A stretch of 59,391 nucleotides of DNA from a bacterium (GCA_046727075.1 JBKPBY010000150.1:1-59391); one strand, 5' to 3'. Shown: positions 1 to 9,718, counted from the first letter of the stretch. Numbers and translations: made by a program. The notes: generated by a model from the letters alone, not told the origin.

Positions 1-43
1 GGGTTGCACGCAACCAGCACATACCGTAATTGAAGGTCCACTT

Positions 44-2638
44 GTGCACCGAATGAAATCTGCTCCCACTTCTGCCTGGGCGACTTTTGCGGGCAGGGTC
101 ACGCAATTCCTGGCGAATATTGTTGCTCACCGGACCAAGTCGTTGGTGGTGCTGGTGCTGGCGATTGCGGCAGTCGCGATCTGGACAGTCATCGCACGGC
201 AGAAATTCGATTCTGAGCCATTAGATCTGTTGCCCCAGAAATTCGAGTCGGTGCAGGGAATGAAGGAGTACAACAACGAGTTCTCCAACGCTCGCCAGCT
301 GGTGCTTGGGTTCTTGGGTGATGAAGGGCATGCAGATGATGTCGAAGCCTTTAAAGCACATTTCATGGCCGAAATAGCAAATCAGCCGTGGGTGGTTCGA
401 AAGTTCGACAGCATTCCGCTCCAGACGCAAGAAGGACAGTTGGAGCTTCAAGGGGTTGTGCCTGCGCTGTTGTTGAATCTTCCTCCGGACGAATTCAAGG
501 ATGCGATGACTCTGCTTGAGCCGAATGAGATTGCAAAGCGATTAAACCACATTCGGGAAACCCTTGGCAGCTTCGATCCAAGAACGGAAATCGACGCGAC
601 GATCGACCCGCTAGGACTGTTCGCCAGGGCGATGAAGCCCCTAGCATCAGGATCGTTCATGGAAAGGAGTAGCCTTCTGGCCTCAGAAGATAATCTTTAT
701 CAGATTGCCTTCATAATAACCAATCAACCGGGACTTGGCGCTCACGAGTGCCAAGAGATGATGCGGCAGGTTAATGGTTTCGTCGACCAAACTCTATCCG
801 GATGGAGTGGTTACAAGCCCAAAGTATACGTAACCGGGCGCACCGCGTTCGCCGCTCAGATTTCGAAAAGTATGGAGTGGGACGCGACGCTAAGCGCGGT
901 TCTGTCAATCCTGATTGTCAGCGCATTGTTTTACCTGGCTTTTCGCCGATTTCTGCCATTGGTTGGAATTTGCCTTATTCTGTGCCTATCCGCGATCGTA
1001 GCGATCGCTCTGGGGATCCTGTTTTTCGGCGGTCTTAACGTAATAGCGATCGCGTTCTTCTCGATTCTGGTCGGCCTGGGAGTCGACTTTAGTCTTCTTC
1101 TGTTTGGCAGATACCAACAGGCAAGGAGAGGAGGGGCTGCCCACGCTGAGGCGGTTTTCGTTTCAGTTCGTGATATCGGCGCCGCGATCTTTTACGTCGT
1201 TTGCACGACAGCGATTGGATTTCTGATTCTCAACCTGAGCAAGAGTTCCGGGTTTGCTCAGCTTGGCACCCTCGTAGCTCTCGGTGTTGCGTTTGCCGGA
1301 CTCTTCATGGTGCTTTTTTTGTTCCTTTTCATGAAGCGCGTGAAGCCGCCGTTAAAGACAGATTTCATGCTGCGCGGGACAACAAGCTTTGTGGAAGGGA
1401 TGTTCCGCGAACCACGTTTCGTATTGGGCGGTGCAACCGTCATTTTGCTTATTGGCGCAATCATCGCTTTTGCTCCGTTCATCCTGTTGCGAATCGATAC
1501 CAAACCGACCTCCTTACAGCCTCAGAACATTCCTGCCTCAGTAGCTCTGAAAGTGCTCTCGGAGAAGCTGAGACAGGAATCGGATCCTGTCATGGTCTTG
1601 GTCAATGCGCAGGATCCGCAGGAGTTTCGGGATCGGTGGGAAAAAGTCGATGCTACTCTGCACGATGCGCAGAACTCGGGGCAGTCGAAGTCAGCCAATT
1701 CGCCTTTACCTTTCGTGCTCTCGCCTCAGCGCTTTGAACAGAATCGAGCCGTATTGAAGTCGATCGATCTCCGACAGGTCGAGACAACAGTTCGGCAGAA
1801 TCTTGAAAGCAACGGATTTGATCCCGAGGCTTTTCAGGGGGTCTTTCAGATCTTAGGCCAGCTCAAGGCGGAGCAATCAGCAACCGGCCTGCCTGATTGG
1901 TCGCAATTATTTCCGCAAAAATCGAGCTGGTGGTTCTTGCTTGACAACTTCTTCTCCAGCAAACCGCTGAGTGCTGTTGGTTATCTCCGTCCCGTAAATC
2001 CGATTAAGTCGCAGGCCGATCAGCGCAAGATCGAGGAACTGGTTCACCGTGCTGATCCGAAAGCGATTGTCAGCGGTTGGTCGTATACGTTGTGGGATCT
2101 GATTCCATGGGCAAAAGGTGAGTTGATCATGTTCACCTCATTGGTTGCCGTCTTGATCCTCTTACTGTTGGCAATTGTGTACCGGCGGTTTTCTCTTTGG
2201 GCCATCCATGCATCGGCGCTGGCCTTCGCGATGCTCGGACTGGTAGCCTCTTTGAAACTTCTTCACATCAACATCAATCTGTTGAACACGCTGGCTTTTC
2301 CGCTTGTTCTGGCGATCGGAGTTGATTACGGAATCCAATTCCTGGTCGTAAGCCGGCGTGAAGGCGACCTTAAAGAGAACCTTGCGAACGTGTTGAAACC
2401 GTTGTCGATCTGCGGGCTCGCCACTTTTGCCGGATTCGCCGTTCTTATTCCGGCCCAAAATCCAGCACTTAGCGGATTAGGAACCGTTTGTGCGATCGGA
2501 GTGCTCTGGTGCCTTTTGACCACCTATTTCTACATGGTCCCGGCTTTCTGCTGGATCGCCCGTGGAACGCCGACACCGTCGACAATGCCGTCATCGCCGG
2601 CAACGGAAGAAGATGGGACGGTGACGGGCCGCGGGTGA
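44..2638 (+). CDS. MMPL/RND-superfamily membrane transporter (HpnN-like lipid exporter)
   Basis: 864-aa ORF with two hydrophobic multi-helix blocks separated by large soluble loops. MMPL-type motifs GLGVDFSLLLFGRY and AIGVDYGIQF. Start is GTG 44 or ATG 53. Confidence 0.8.
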   Translation: MHRMKSAPTSAWATFAGRVTQFLANIVAHRTKSLVVLVLAIAAVAIWTVIARQKFDSEPLDLLPQKFESVQGMKEYNNEFSNARQLVLGFLGDEGHADDVEAFKAHFMAEIANQPWVVRKFDSIPLQTQEGQLELQGVVPALLLNLPPDEFKDAMTLLEPNEIAKRLNHIRETLGSFDPRTEIDATIDPLGLFARAMKPLASGSFMERSSLLASEDNLYQIAFIITNQPGLGAHECQEMMRQVNGFVDQTLSGWSGYKPKVYVTGRTAFAAQISKSMEWDATLSAVLSILIVSALFYLAFRRFLPLVGICLILCLSAIVAIALGILFFGGLNVIAIAFFSILVGLGVDFSLLLFGRYQQARRGGAAHAEAVFVSVRDIGAAIFYVVCTTAIGFLILNLSKSSGFAQLGTLVALGVAFAGLFMVLFLFLFMKRVKPPLKTDFMLRGTTSFVEGMFREPRFVLGGATVILLIGAIIAFAPFILLRIDTKPTSLQPQNIPASVALKVLSEKLRQESDPVMVLVNAQDPQEFRDRWEKVDATLHDAQNSGQSKSANSPLPFVLSPQRFEQNRAVLKSIDLRQVETTVRQNLESNGFDPEAFQGVFQILGQLKAEQSATGLPDWSQLFPQKSSWWFLLDNFFSSKPLSAVGYLRPVNPIKSQADQRKIEELVHRADPKAIVSGWSYTLWDLIPWAKGELIMFTSLVAVLILLLLAIVYRRFSLWAIHASALAFAMLGLVASLKLLHININLLNTLAFPLVLAIGVDYGIQFLVVSRREGDLKENLANVLKPLSICGLATFAGFAVLIPAQNPALSGLGTVCAIGVLWCLLTTYFYMVPAFCWIARGTPTPSTMPSSPATEEDGTVTGRG

Positions 2639-2800
2639 GAAAAGAATCGAGAAGCCCGAAGCTAGAATCTCGAATAACGGCCTCGGTTCAGAATTCTAAA
2701 TTCGAGATTCCTTTCGCATTCGCGCGAAATGCTAGCACTGGCACTCGCTTGGAACCGAAAACCGAAAACTAGCTTTCCGTTGCCGGCGATGTCCGCGTTG

Positions 2801-3262
2801 TTAGCCGCGCCTGCGGTTAAACGCCGCCATCGTTCGCTCGGTTTCCCGGCGGACCGCTTTCTCCTTCAGATCGTGGCGCTTGTCGATGGTTGATTTACCT
2901 TTGCCGAGCCCCAGCTCGACTTTGACCCGTCCGTTTTTCCAATACATCCGTAGTGCGACGAGAGTCTGGCCCTGAACCGCGCTGGCGGAGAACAGCTTGG
3001 CGATTTCACTTTTGTGTAGAAGAAGCTTTCGCCTCCGTTTCGGTTCGTGCTGAGTATGGCTCGCGCGTTGGTAGGGCTGAATGTCGGCGTCGTAGAGAAA
3101 TGCTTCGTTGCTTTCTATTCTAGCAAACGCGTTATTCAAGTTGGCTAGACCCGCGCGGATCGATTTAACTTCCGTACCCTGCAGTTCGATACCGGCCTCG
3201 ATCCTGTCGAGAATCTGGTAGTTGTGAAAGGCTCGACGGTTCGTGACGATGTCTGCAGACAT
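2801..3262 (-). CDS. smpB: SsrA-binding protein SmpB
   Basis: 153 aa. N-terminus NRRAFHNYQILDRIEAGIELQGTEVKSIRAG and basic C-terminal tail are typical of SmpB. Confidence 0.95.
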   Translation of the reverse strand: MSADIVTNRRAFHNYQILDRIEAGIELQGTEVKSIRAGLANLNNAFARIESNEAFLYDADIQPYQRASHTQHEPKRRRKLLLHKSEIAKLFSASAVQGQTLVALRMYWKNGRVKVELGLGKGKSTIDKRHDLKEKAVRRETERTMAAFNRRRG

Positions 3263-3317
3263 GGCGACTTCCCGGCGCGGAGTTTCACAAACGCACAGCG
3301 TTTGCCTGTCTTCGGTC

Positions 3318-3533
3318 CTAAGTGTCAGCTGGTGCTTCCGACAAAAACTCGAAAGTCAGTTTTCCGTCGATTATTTCCTTGAGTGCGACATCGGCATGCG
3401 ACATACGAGGTCCAACCTCAACCAGAGGACGGTGCCCCATGGTAAGCTGTCGAACTCGCCGCGAAACAAGGTTCACGAGTAGGGCCGTATTTGGGATGAC
3501 TTTCGATGCTTCTTCAAGAAGTTGGCTGGACAT
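3318..3533 (-). CDS. rpoZ: DNA-directed RNA polymerase subunit omega
   Basis: 71 aa. NTALLVNLVSRRVRQL resembles the RpoZ helix motif (NRYxLVxxAxxRARQL). Lies immediately upstream of smpB on the same strand. Confidence 0.7.
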   Translation of the reverse strand: MSSQLLEEASKVIPNTALLVNLVSRRVRQLTMGHRPLVEVGPRMSHADVALKEIIDGKLTFEFLSEAPADT

Positions 3534-3715
3534 AGTGAAGGCCGGCGCCTGACCGCGCAGGGAGGAGGAACTTTGAGAGAGGAAAGCGGTTTGTCAAGGG
3601 GTTTCATCAGCGGCTCGGCACTTCAGAAATTGTTTCGCAATTCCGACGATCGGCCCGGTTGAAGTTGATTCTGCCTTGGCGGGGACTCGCTGAGGTGGCA
3701 GCTGCACGAGGCCGC

Positions 3716-3760
3716 CCAGCACCAGTTTGAAGCCCGATCGTAACCTCAAACTGGTGCTGG
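3716..3760. terminator. Perfect 15-bp stem hairpin (CCAGCACCAGTTTGA / TCAAACTGGTGCTGG, 15-nt loop) between aguA and rpoZ
   Basis: Read directly from the sequence. Lies about 95 nt downstream of the aguA stop on the minus strand. No U-tract follows on either strand. Confidence 0.4.
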
Positions 3761-3855
3761 CCGACCCTACCGAGGATAGACCACTCTATGTGGTCGGCAG
3801 GGCTGAGGTTCCTCCGGCGGTGACCGGACTCGTAGACGTGGCAGTCGTACCTGGC

Positions 3856-4926
3856 TTAAACCGCTGGCTGCTGTTGCGTCAGGCAATGGAACGCCCCGAG
3901 TCCCCAGACCAAGTCGCGACAATTAATCCGTACGATCCGCCGCGTCGGGAAACATCGCTGAAGGACGTCGGCAGCTTGTTCGTCCTTTGGAGAATCGAAA
4001 ACCGGCAACAGGACGACGTTGTTGGCGATATAGAAATTCGCGTAGCTTGCCGGTAGCCGTTGTCCTTCTTTTTCGACACGAGGTGGCATCGGAAGCTTTA
4101 CAACCTTTATCGGTGTACCATCCTCGACTCGCATGTTTTGGAGCCGCTCCATATTGGCGGCTAGCGGTTCGTGATTCGGGTCGCTCGGATCTTCCTCTAC
4201 TGCTGTCACGACAGTTGTCCGATCAACGAAACGTGTAATATCGTCGACGTGCCCGTCCGTGTCGTCGCCTTCGATTCCATCGCCTAGCCAAAGGATATTT
4301 CTGACACCAAGAAAGTCGCGCAAAGCTTGCTCAATCTGTTCTTTTGATCGGGTTGGATTGCGGTTTCGATTGAGCAAACAGGAAGTGGTTGTCAGCAAAG
4401 TTCCGGAGCCATTCAGATCAATTGATCCTCCTTCCATGACCAGCCCGGGATAGAAGACCGGAAGATTGAAATAGCTCGCGATTTTGGTCGGTACTACGTC
4501 ATCCAGGTCGAACGGTGGATATTTCCCGCCCCAGGCATTGTAATCCCAATCGACCACGGCGACGCGCGGGGTCTCACAGCGCGTAATAAAGACCGGTCCA
4601 TGATCGCGGCACCAAGGTTCATTGGTCGGAATCGGAAAAAACTGGACGTGATCTGTGCTGCGCAGAATTTGGCGAATTTCTTTTTCTTGTGATTCACTTT
4701 CTACATTAATCCTGACCAGTTCCGATCCCTGCAGCGCGTCAACCATTGCGACAAGAGCTGGGAGAACTTCGTGATAAGCCCCCGGAAAACTTATTCCCTC
4801 CCGCCTTGGCCACGAAAGCCAGGTTGCTTCGTGGGGCTCCCATTCGGCAGGCATGCGGTAACCTTGCGCTGCGGGTGAGCCCGGAGTGAAACTGGCGATA
4901 ATTTGATCGCTAGGGGCTGATTGCAT
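3856..4926 (-). CDS. aguA: Agmatine deiminase
   Basis: 356 aa. MPAEWEPHEATWLSWP near the N-terminus and C-terminal GAFHCLTQQQP (catalytic Cys) are hallmarks of the agmatine deiminase / PAD_porph family. Confidence 0.9.
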   Translation of the reverse strand: MQSAPSDQIIASFTPGSPAAQGYRMPAEWEPHEATWLSWPRREGISFPGAYHEVLPALVAMVDALQGSELVRINVESESQEKEIRQILRSTDHVQFFPIPTNEPWCRDHGPVFITRCETPRVAVVDWDYNAWGGKYPPFDLDDVVPTKIASYFNLPVFYPGLVMEGGSIDLNGSGTLLTTTSCLLNRNRNPTRSKEQIEQALRDFLGVRNILWLGDGIEGDDTDGHVDDITRFVDRTTVVTAVEEDPSDPNHEPLAANMERLQNMRVEDGTPIKVVKLPMPPRVEKEGQRLPASYANFYIANNVVLLPVFDSPKDEQAADVLQRCFPTRRIVRINCRDLVWGLGAFHCLTQQQPAV

Positions 4927-4958
4927 GGACGCGCGATTGATTAGACCTTTGCCAGGAT

Positions 4959-5831
4959 CTAATCCAAGTATCTTTTCAGCAGATCTCCGTAGGCATCGAT
5001 CCGGCGATCGCGTAGGAAAGGCCAGTGCGTTCGCTGCTGGTCTAACTGTTCCAAATCAATATCCGCGATCAGGACCTCTTCCTGATCGTTGCTAGCCTTG
5101 CCGATGATCTGCCCTGACGGGTCCGCAACGAAACTCTGGCCCCAGAACTCGAGACCGTCTCCGCCATCCGGCGCTTCATGTCCGACTCTATTGGGGACTG
5201 CAACGAAGCAACCATTAGCAATAGCGTGCGCTCTTTGAATCGTTTCCCAGGAAGAATGCTGACGCACACCGTACTGCGGTTTCTCGGATGGATGCCACCC
5301 GATTGCAGTTGGATAGAATAGAATCTCAGCTCCGCTGAGCGCGGTTAATCGCGCCGTCTCGGGAAACCATTGATCCCAACAGACGCAGACCCCAATTGTG
5401 CCGTATCGAGTCTTCCAAGACCTGAACCCGAGGTCGCCGGGCGTGAAATAGAATTTTTCGTAAAACAATGGGTCGTCCGGAATATGCATCTTTCGGTACT
5501 TCCCCAGAAACGTGCCGTCGGCGTCAATGATAGCCGCTGTATTGTGGTAAAGGCCTGCAGCTCTTTTTTCGAAGAGCGAGGCAACGATGACAACGTCCAG
5601 CTCCTTCGCGATCTCGCTGAGACGCTTGCTGGTAGGCCCGGGGATTTCTTCTGCAAACGCGAAGTATTTATGGTCTTCTTTCTGGCAGAAATACTGGGTC
5701 GTGAACAACTCCTGCATGCTAACGATCTTCGCTCCTTGCGAGGCCGCTTTCCGGATGAAAGAAATGGCTTTATCAACATTTTCGGCGGGATTTATCGAAC
5801 ACCGCATTTGGACTAGCGCGATTCTCGGCAT
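4959..5831 (-). CDS. aguB: N-carbamoylputrescine amidase (CN-hydrolase family)
   Basis: 290 aa. Nitrilase-superfamily pattern with E (MQELF), K (YRKMHIP) and C (CVCWDQWFPE). Adjacent to aguA. Confidence 0.88.
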   Translation of the reverse strand: MPRIALVQMRCSINPAENVDKAISFIRKAASQGAKIVSMQELFTTQYFCQKEDHKYFAFAEEIPGPTSKRLSEIAKELDVVIVASLFEKRAAGLYHNTAAIIDADGTFLGKYRKMHIPDDPLFYEKFYFTPGDLGFRSWKTRYGTIGVCVCWDQWFPETARLTALSGAEILFYPTAIGWHPSEKPQYGVRQHSSWETIQRAHAIANGCFVAVPNRVGHEAPDGGDGLEFWGQSFVADPSGQIIGKASNDQEEVLIADIDLEQLDQQRTHWPFLRDRRIDAYGDLLKRYLD

Positions 5832-5993
5832 AGCCGCTTAGGATACAGCGATCAGGATCAAGATCCAGGGAACTTGGGATTGAAAAACTCTTGATAAAGG
5901 TTTTTTCATGCCATCGCTCAAGCACTGGGCGAACCGTCGTTCTAAACCTCACTAAAGCTATGGCGAGGCACGCCCGTTCCTGTATCCTTACGG

Positions 5994-6548
5994 ATGCTTT
6001 CTGAGATCCGAATTACAATTCATACGGACAAAGGCGACATAGAAGCGACGCTCTATCCTGAAAAAGCGCCGGTTACTGTTGCGAACTTCCTGAATCTAAC
6101 GGTTCGCAACTATTACGACGGTTTGACTTTTCATCGGGTGGTTCCTCGATTCGTTATCCAGGGCGGAGACCCGGTTGGGACCGGCTCAGGCGGGCCTGGT
6201 TACCGGTTTGAAAACGAGATCCATTCGTCACTGTCGCATCGAAGTGTTGGAGTGGTTGCTATGGCAAATGCCGGTCCAAATACGAATGGCAGCCAATTCT
6301 ACATCACCATCGCGGATCTGGCGCCCGAACATATCAAGATGCTTGATGGAAGCTATTCAATCTTTGGGCAGGTCACCAGCGGGATGGACGTAGCCACTAA
6401 GATTTCTCAAGGCGACAAAATTCGTTCTATCAAGATTCTGGATTCGACTGAGCCGTTGTTTGCTGCGCAGGCAAAGCGTCTGAAGGATTGGAACAAGGTC
6501 CTCGACCAGAAATTCGGGAGCCGTCTGGCGCCGGCTTCCGGGTCGTAG
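5994..6548 (+). CDS. ppiB: Peptidyl-prolyl cis-trans isomerase, cyclophilin type
   Basis: 184 aa. FHRVVPRFVIQGGDP, GTGSGGPGYRFENE, NTNGSQFYIT. Confidence 0.92.
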   Translation: MLSEIRITIHTDKGDIEATLYPEKAPVTVANFLNLTVRNYYDGLTFHRVVPRFVIQGGDPVGTGSGGPGYRFENEIHSSLSHRSVGVVAMANAGPNTNGSQFYITIADLAPEHIKMLDGSYSIFGQVTSGMDVATKISQGDKIRSIKILDSTEPLFAAQAKRLKDWNKVLDQKFGSRLAPASGS

Positions 6549-6574
6549 CCCTCAACTCTCTTCGCTTGGCTCAA

Positions 6575-7546
6575 GTGGCTTCTACGTCCGATTACGATTA
6601 CCTGCTCCCAGAAGAGCTGATCGCACGATATCCGGCTTCCAAGCGCGATGACTCGAAGCTCATGCTGTTAGACCGGTGCAAACAGCAGATCGCCCATCTT
6701 CGATTCACCGAATTGGCCGGCTTAGTGGGTTCCGACGAGTTGCTTGTGTTGAACGACACGAAAGTCGTTCCGGCTCGGATCCGTTTTGAAGGTCGAGAGA
6801 TTCTCTTGATCGAGCAGCTCGATAAAACCGTCTGGCGCTGCATGGTTCGACCGGGGAAATGGTTTTCTGCCGGACGCAAATTTCAGGTCCGCGAACTCCA
6901 CGGCGAAGTTGTCGGCGTGGTTGAGGAGGGCGACCGGATCATTTGTTTCGAAGAACCGATCGATTTTGAACGCATTGGAGAGCTTCCACTCCCGCCATAT
7001 ATCCGGCGCGACATTGAGGAGTCGGACAAAGATCGATATCAGACCATCTATGCTTCGCGTCCGGGCGCGATCGCTGCTCCTACAGCCGGCCTTCATTTCA
7101 CGCGAGAGATTCTGGAAAAATTGCCCCACGTTTTTGTGACACTTCATGTGGGAGTGGGAACGTTTAAACCGGTCAAGACCGAAAACATTTCGGAGCATCG
7201 GATACACCAGGAAACTTTCGAGGTTGGCGCGGAAGCGGCCGCCCGAATCAATAACGCGCGTCAAGTGTTGGCCGTCGGCACGACCACCGTGCGGACGCTT
7301 GAGAGTCTGATGCTGCACCATGGCAAAATTCAGCCAGGCTGTGATCGCACCAATATTTTTATCTATCCACCCTTTGAGTTTCGCAGAGTGGACTCGTTAT
7401 TGACGAATTTTCATTTGCCTCGATCAACGCTGCTAATGCTTGTAGCTGCTTTTGCAGGGCGCGAATTTCTGTTGGAAGCGTATCGCCAAGCAATCAAGGA
7501 GCGATATCGATTTTTCAGTTACGGGGACTGTATGTTGATTCGGTAG
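6575..7546 (+). CDS. queA: S-adenosylmethionine:tRNA ribosyltransferase-isomerase
   Basis: DYDYLLPEELIARYP, PLPPYI, GTTTVRTLES. The track ORF starts at 6488 inside ppiB. The in-frame GTG at 6575 gives the usual N-terminus. Confidence 0.9.
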   Translation: MASTSDYDYLLPEELIARYPASKRDDSKLMLLDRCKQQIAHLRFTELAGLVGSDELLVLNDTKVVPARIRFEGREILLIEQLDKTVWRCMVRPGKWFSAGRKFQVRELHGEVVGVVEEGDRIICFEEPIDFERIGELPLPPYIRRDIEESDKDRYQTIYASRPGAIAAPTAGLHFTREILEKLPHVFVTLHVGVGTFKPVKTENISEHRIHQETFEVGAEAAARINNARQVLAVGTTTVRTLESLMLHHGKIQPGCDRTNIFIYPPFEFRRVDSLLTNFHLPRSTLLMLVAAFAGREFLLEAYRQAIKERYRFFSYGDCMLIR

Positions 7547-7579
7547 ACCCTGTTGCGGGCTTCGGCTTATCACCGGCAG

Positions 7580-7599
7580 GGTCGCGGTTTATCGCGACC
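7580..7599. terminator. GC-rich hairpin GGTCGCG-GTTTAT-CGCGACC between convergent queA and SCO1 genes
   Basis: 7-bp stem read directly from the sequence. Lies in the 89-bp convergent spacer. Confidence 0.35.
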
Positions 7600-7635
7600 T
7601 CATGCGGTAGCCAGCTCGACGAGGTGCCACTCCTC

Positions 7636-8307
7636 TCACGACGACTTCAGAACGCGCCGTATATCGGCCGCAACCTTTTCGGCCTCGCGCAATTGATCGA
7701 AGTCATAGATGGCTTTCCATTTGCCATCAGGATCGATGAGGTAGGCGTACGCAGAATGGTTGACCAGGTATACGTCCGGATCTTCTCCAGGATGATGAAC
7801 AAACTCATATGATGCACCGTACGCCTTCGTTGCTTCATTGATGTGATTCGCGTCACCGGTCAATCCGAGAAACGAAGCATCGAAGTACGGTATGTAATCT
7901 TTGAGTGTCTCCGGCTGATCCCGGCGAGAGTCAACACTGATAAACAGTACCTGTACCCGTGCCCGGTCGTTTTCGGAGAGCGCTCGATAGATCTTCCCAA
8001 AATCGGTCAGCGTTGTCGGGCAAACGTCCGGACAATGGGTGTAACCGAATGAGAACAACACAACTTTTCCGCGCAGCTGGCTCAACTGAAACGCTTTGCC
8101 GTTTTGATCGACAAGACGGAAATCGTAGCCCTCTTGCGCCGGTTCGAGAACTTGTCCGTAGAATTGTTCCTGGAGTTTTCTGTAAGCTGCGTATCTGCTC
8201 AGGAAAAAAGCGACGAGCACTGTCAATGTGATCGCGGATGCGGCAGAGGCGATTCGCCAGTTGAGTCCCTGGACTTTGAAGGACGGATAGAAGATTCTTT
8301 CCCTCAT
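7636..8307 (-). CDS. SCO1/SenC family copper chaperone (thioredoxin fold)
   Basis: 223 aa. N-terminal TM helix, FSFGYTHCPDVCPTTL (CxxxC) and a distal His (VNHSAY). Confidence 0.85.
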   Translation of the reverse strand: MRERIFYPSFKVQGLNWRIASAASAITLTVLVAFFLSRYAAYRKLQEQFYGQVLEPAQEGYDFRLVDQNGKAFQLSQLRGKVVLFSFGYTHCPDVCPTTLTDFGKIYRALSENDRARVQVLFISVDSRRDQPETLKDYIPYFDASFLGLTGDANHINEATKAYGASYEFVHHPGEDPDVYLVNHSAYAYLIDPDGKWKAIYDFDQLREAEKVAADIRRVLKSS

Positions 8308-8759
8308 TTTGGCGGCTCCTTGGAGACTGGGATCTGGAGATCGGTCTGTTGATCGCCTGGAGAAAACTTCAGTGTCAGCTTGACCTGATCACCTTCCTTT
8401 GGTCGAGACAATAAGCCCATGATCATAAGATGGTCCCCGCCGGGTTTGAGTTCCAGTGTTCCGTGGCCGGGAATCGTGAGACCTGTAACGGTCTCCATGC
8501 CGAGGACCTCGTGTCCGCTGCGTGTCTGTTTTGTTGTTACCATCGGTTCTACCTTTCTGGCGATCGTCGAGGAACCGCCGACAAGTTGCAGAGGTGTCTG
8601 GCTAAGGTTGCGAATTTTCATGTAAGCCGCAGTATCTGTCGCCGCTGGAGCGACCTCGCGAATCCACGCATTGGTAATTTGCACGGACGCCGGGTCTGCC
8701 GATGCGATGGGTAGTAGTCCGGTGGAAAGAACAACGATAAATAAAGTTTTTGCTCTCAT
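8304..8759 (-). CDS. Periplasmic copper chaperone PCu(A)C (DUF461)
   Basis: Signal peptide MRAKTLFIVVLSTGLLPIASA, then AAYMKIRN and GGDHLMIMGL (HxM motif). Start at ATG 8759 forms an ATGA overlap with the upstream cytochrome c stop. The longer track ORF to 8909 is rejected. Confidence 0.8.
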   Translation of the reverse strand: MRAKTLFIVVLSTGLLPIASADPASVQITNAWIREVAPAATDTAAYMKIRNLSQTPLQLVGGSSTIARKVEPMVTTKQTRSGHEVLGMETVTGLTIPGHGTLELKPGGDHLMIMGLLSRPKEGDQVKLTLKFSPGDQQTDLQIPVSKEPPK

Positions 8760-9142
8760 TTTCTTAAGCTGCGAATAAATCGGATCAGTGATTGAATTTG
8801 GGTGTCGTTCAGGTCGGAGTTCGGCGGCATCGCCGCGCTCCCTCCGACGGCCTGCGCCCCATTGCGAATGGCCTTGCCGATTTGCTCGTCTGTTATCGTG
8901 TCCTGCCATTGTCCGCTGGTGAGGTCGCGCGGGGAAGCTCCCAGACCCGTGGATGACGGGCCGTCGCCGCGGCCTCCTCGGCCGTGGCAGACGAAGCAGC
9001 GCGTCTGAAAAATATCGTTACCCCGCGCGATCTGCTCCGCAGCCTCCAGCCGAGGCGCAGCGGAGTTCTCAGGCGGTTTTGAACAAGCAGCGTTCATCGC
9101 GCACCACGCAAGAGCCACAATGAAAACAAAGCAGCGAAACAT
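8756..9142 (-). CDS. Class I c-type cytochrome (probable lipoprotein)
   Basis: 128 aa. Signal/lipobox-like AMNAAC and haem motif CFVCHG. First gene of the cyt c-PCuAC-SCO1 operon. Confidence 0.8.
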   Translation of the reverse strand: MFRCFVFIVALAWCAMNAACSKPPENSAAPRLEAAEQIARGNDIFQTRCFVCHGRGGRGDGPSSTGLGASPRDLTSGQWQDTITDEQIGKAIRNGAQAVGGSAAMPPNSDLNDTQIQSLIRFIRSLRK

Positions 9143-9158
9143 ACTATTCGTTAAGTTG

Positions 9159-9650
9159 CTACTGATCGGCTCCGAGCGGTCTGACTCGTTTTGTTCGGAA
9201 AAACTGCTGGAGAAGTTCGCGACATTCCGCTTCGCGCACTCCTCGTGTGATTTCGCATTGATGGTTGAGGGGCGGCATTTGCAGCAGGTTGATCATACTT
9301 CCGGCTCCGCCTGTCTTTGGGTCGGCACATCCGAAAATCACCCGTCGCAACCTGGCTTGGACAATTGCTCCCGCGCACATCGGACACGGTTCTTTAGTTA
9401 CATACAAATCGCATTCGTTGAGACGCCAATCTCCCAGCGCCTCCGCTGCTTGGGTGATAGCGAGCATCTCTGCATGTGCAGTTGCATCTTTCAACGTTTC
9501 AACCTGATTCCAGGATCGCGCGATTATTTTGTCACCACGAACAATCAGCGCCCCGACCGGCACCTCCTCGGCTGCAACCGCGCGCCGGGCAAGGCGCAAG
9601 GCTTCGCCCATGTAATAGGTATCGCTCGAAAAATCCAATAGATCGTCCAT
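9159..9650 (-). CDS. tadA: tRNA adenosine(34) deaminase
   Basis: 163 aa. HAEMLAI and PCPMCAGA zinc-binding deaminase motifs. Confidence 0.9.
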   Translation of the reverse strand: MDDLLDFSSDTYYMGEALRLARRAVAAEEVPVGALIVRGDKIIARSWNQVETLKDATAHAEMLAITQAAEALGDWRLNECDLYVTKEPCPMCAGAIVQARLRRVIFGCADPKTGGAGSMINLLQMPPLNHQCEITRGVREAECRELLQQFFRTKRVRPLGADQ

Positions 9651-9718
9651 CAGCCCGAAAATCTCACGAACGCTGCGCGTTCGCGAGATTTTCGCGTTGA
9701 TAATCGCCCAGCGCGAAA

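Noticed and set aside
1201-1737. Alternative-frame ORFs inside long genes. Examples: 1201-1737 (+), 6722-7321 (-), 20212-20784 (-), 29975-30529 (-), 31636-32190 (-), 32512-33021 (-), 41668-42231 (-), 50995-51684 (-).
   Set aside because: All are nested in or antisense to ORFs with clear family motifs. They have Arg/Ser/Pro-rich compositions and no recognisable domains.
2640-2800. tmRNA (ssrA) next to smpB
   Set aside because: The spacer is only about 160 nt. It lacks the tRNA-like acceptor/T-arm ends and any tag reading frame, so no tmRNA is recognisable in the window.
5837-5989. AGGATACAG / CTGTATCCT 9-bp inverted repeat flanking the aguB-ppiB divergent promoter region
   Set aside because: It is only 9 bp and the arms lie about 130 bp apart, which is within chance expectation. 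The resemblance to the RATACAG heptamers at 33.5 kb is too short to interpret.
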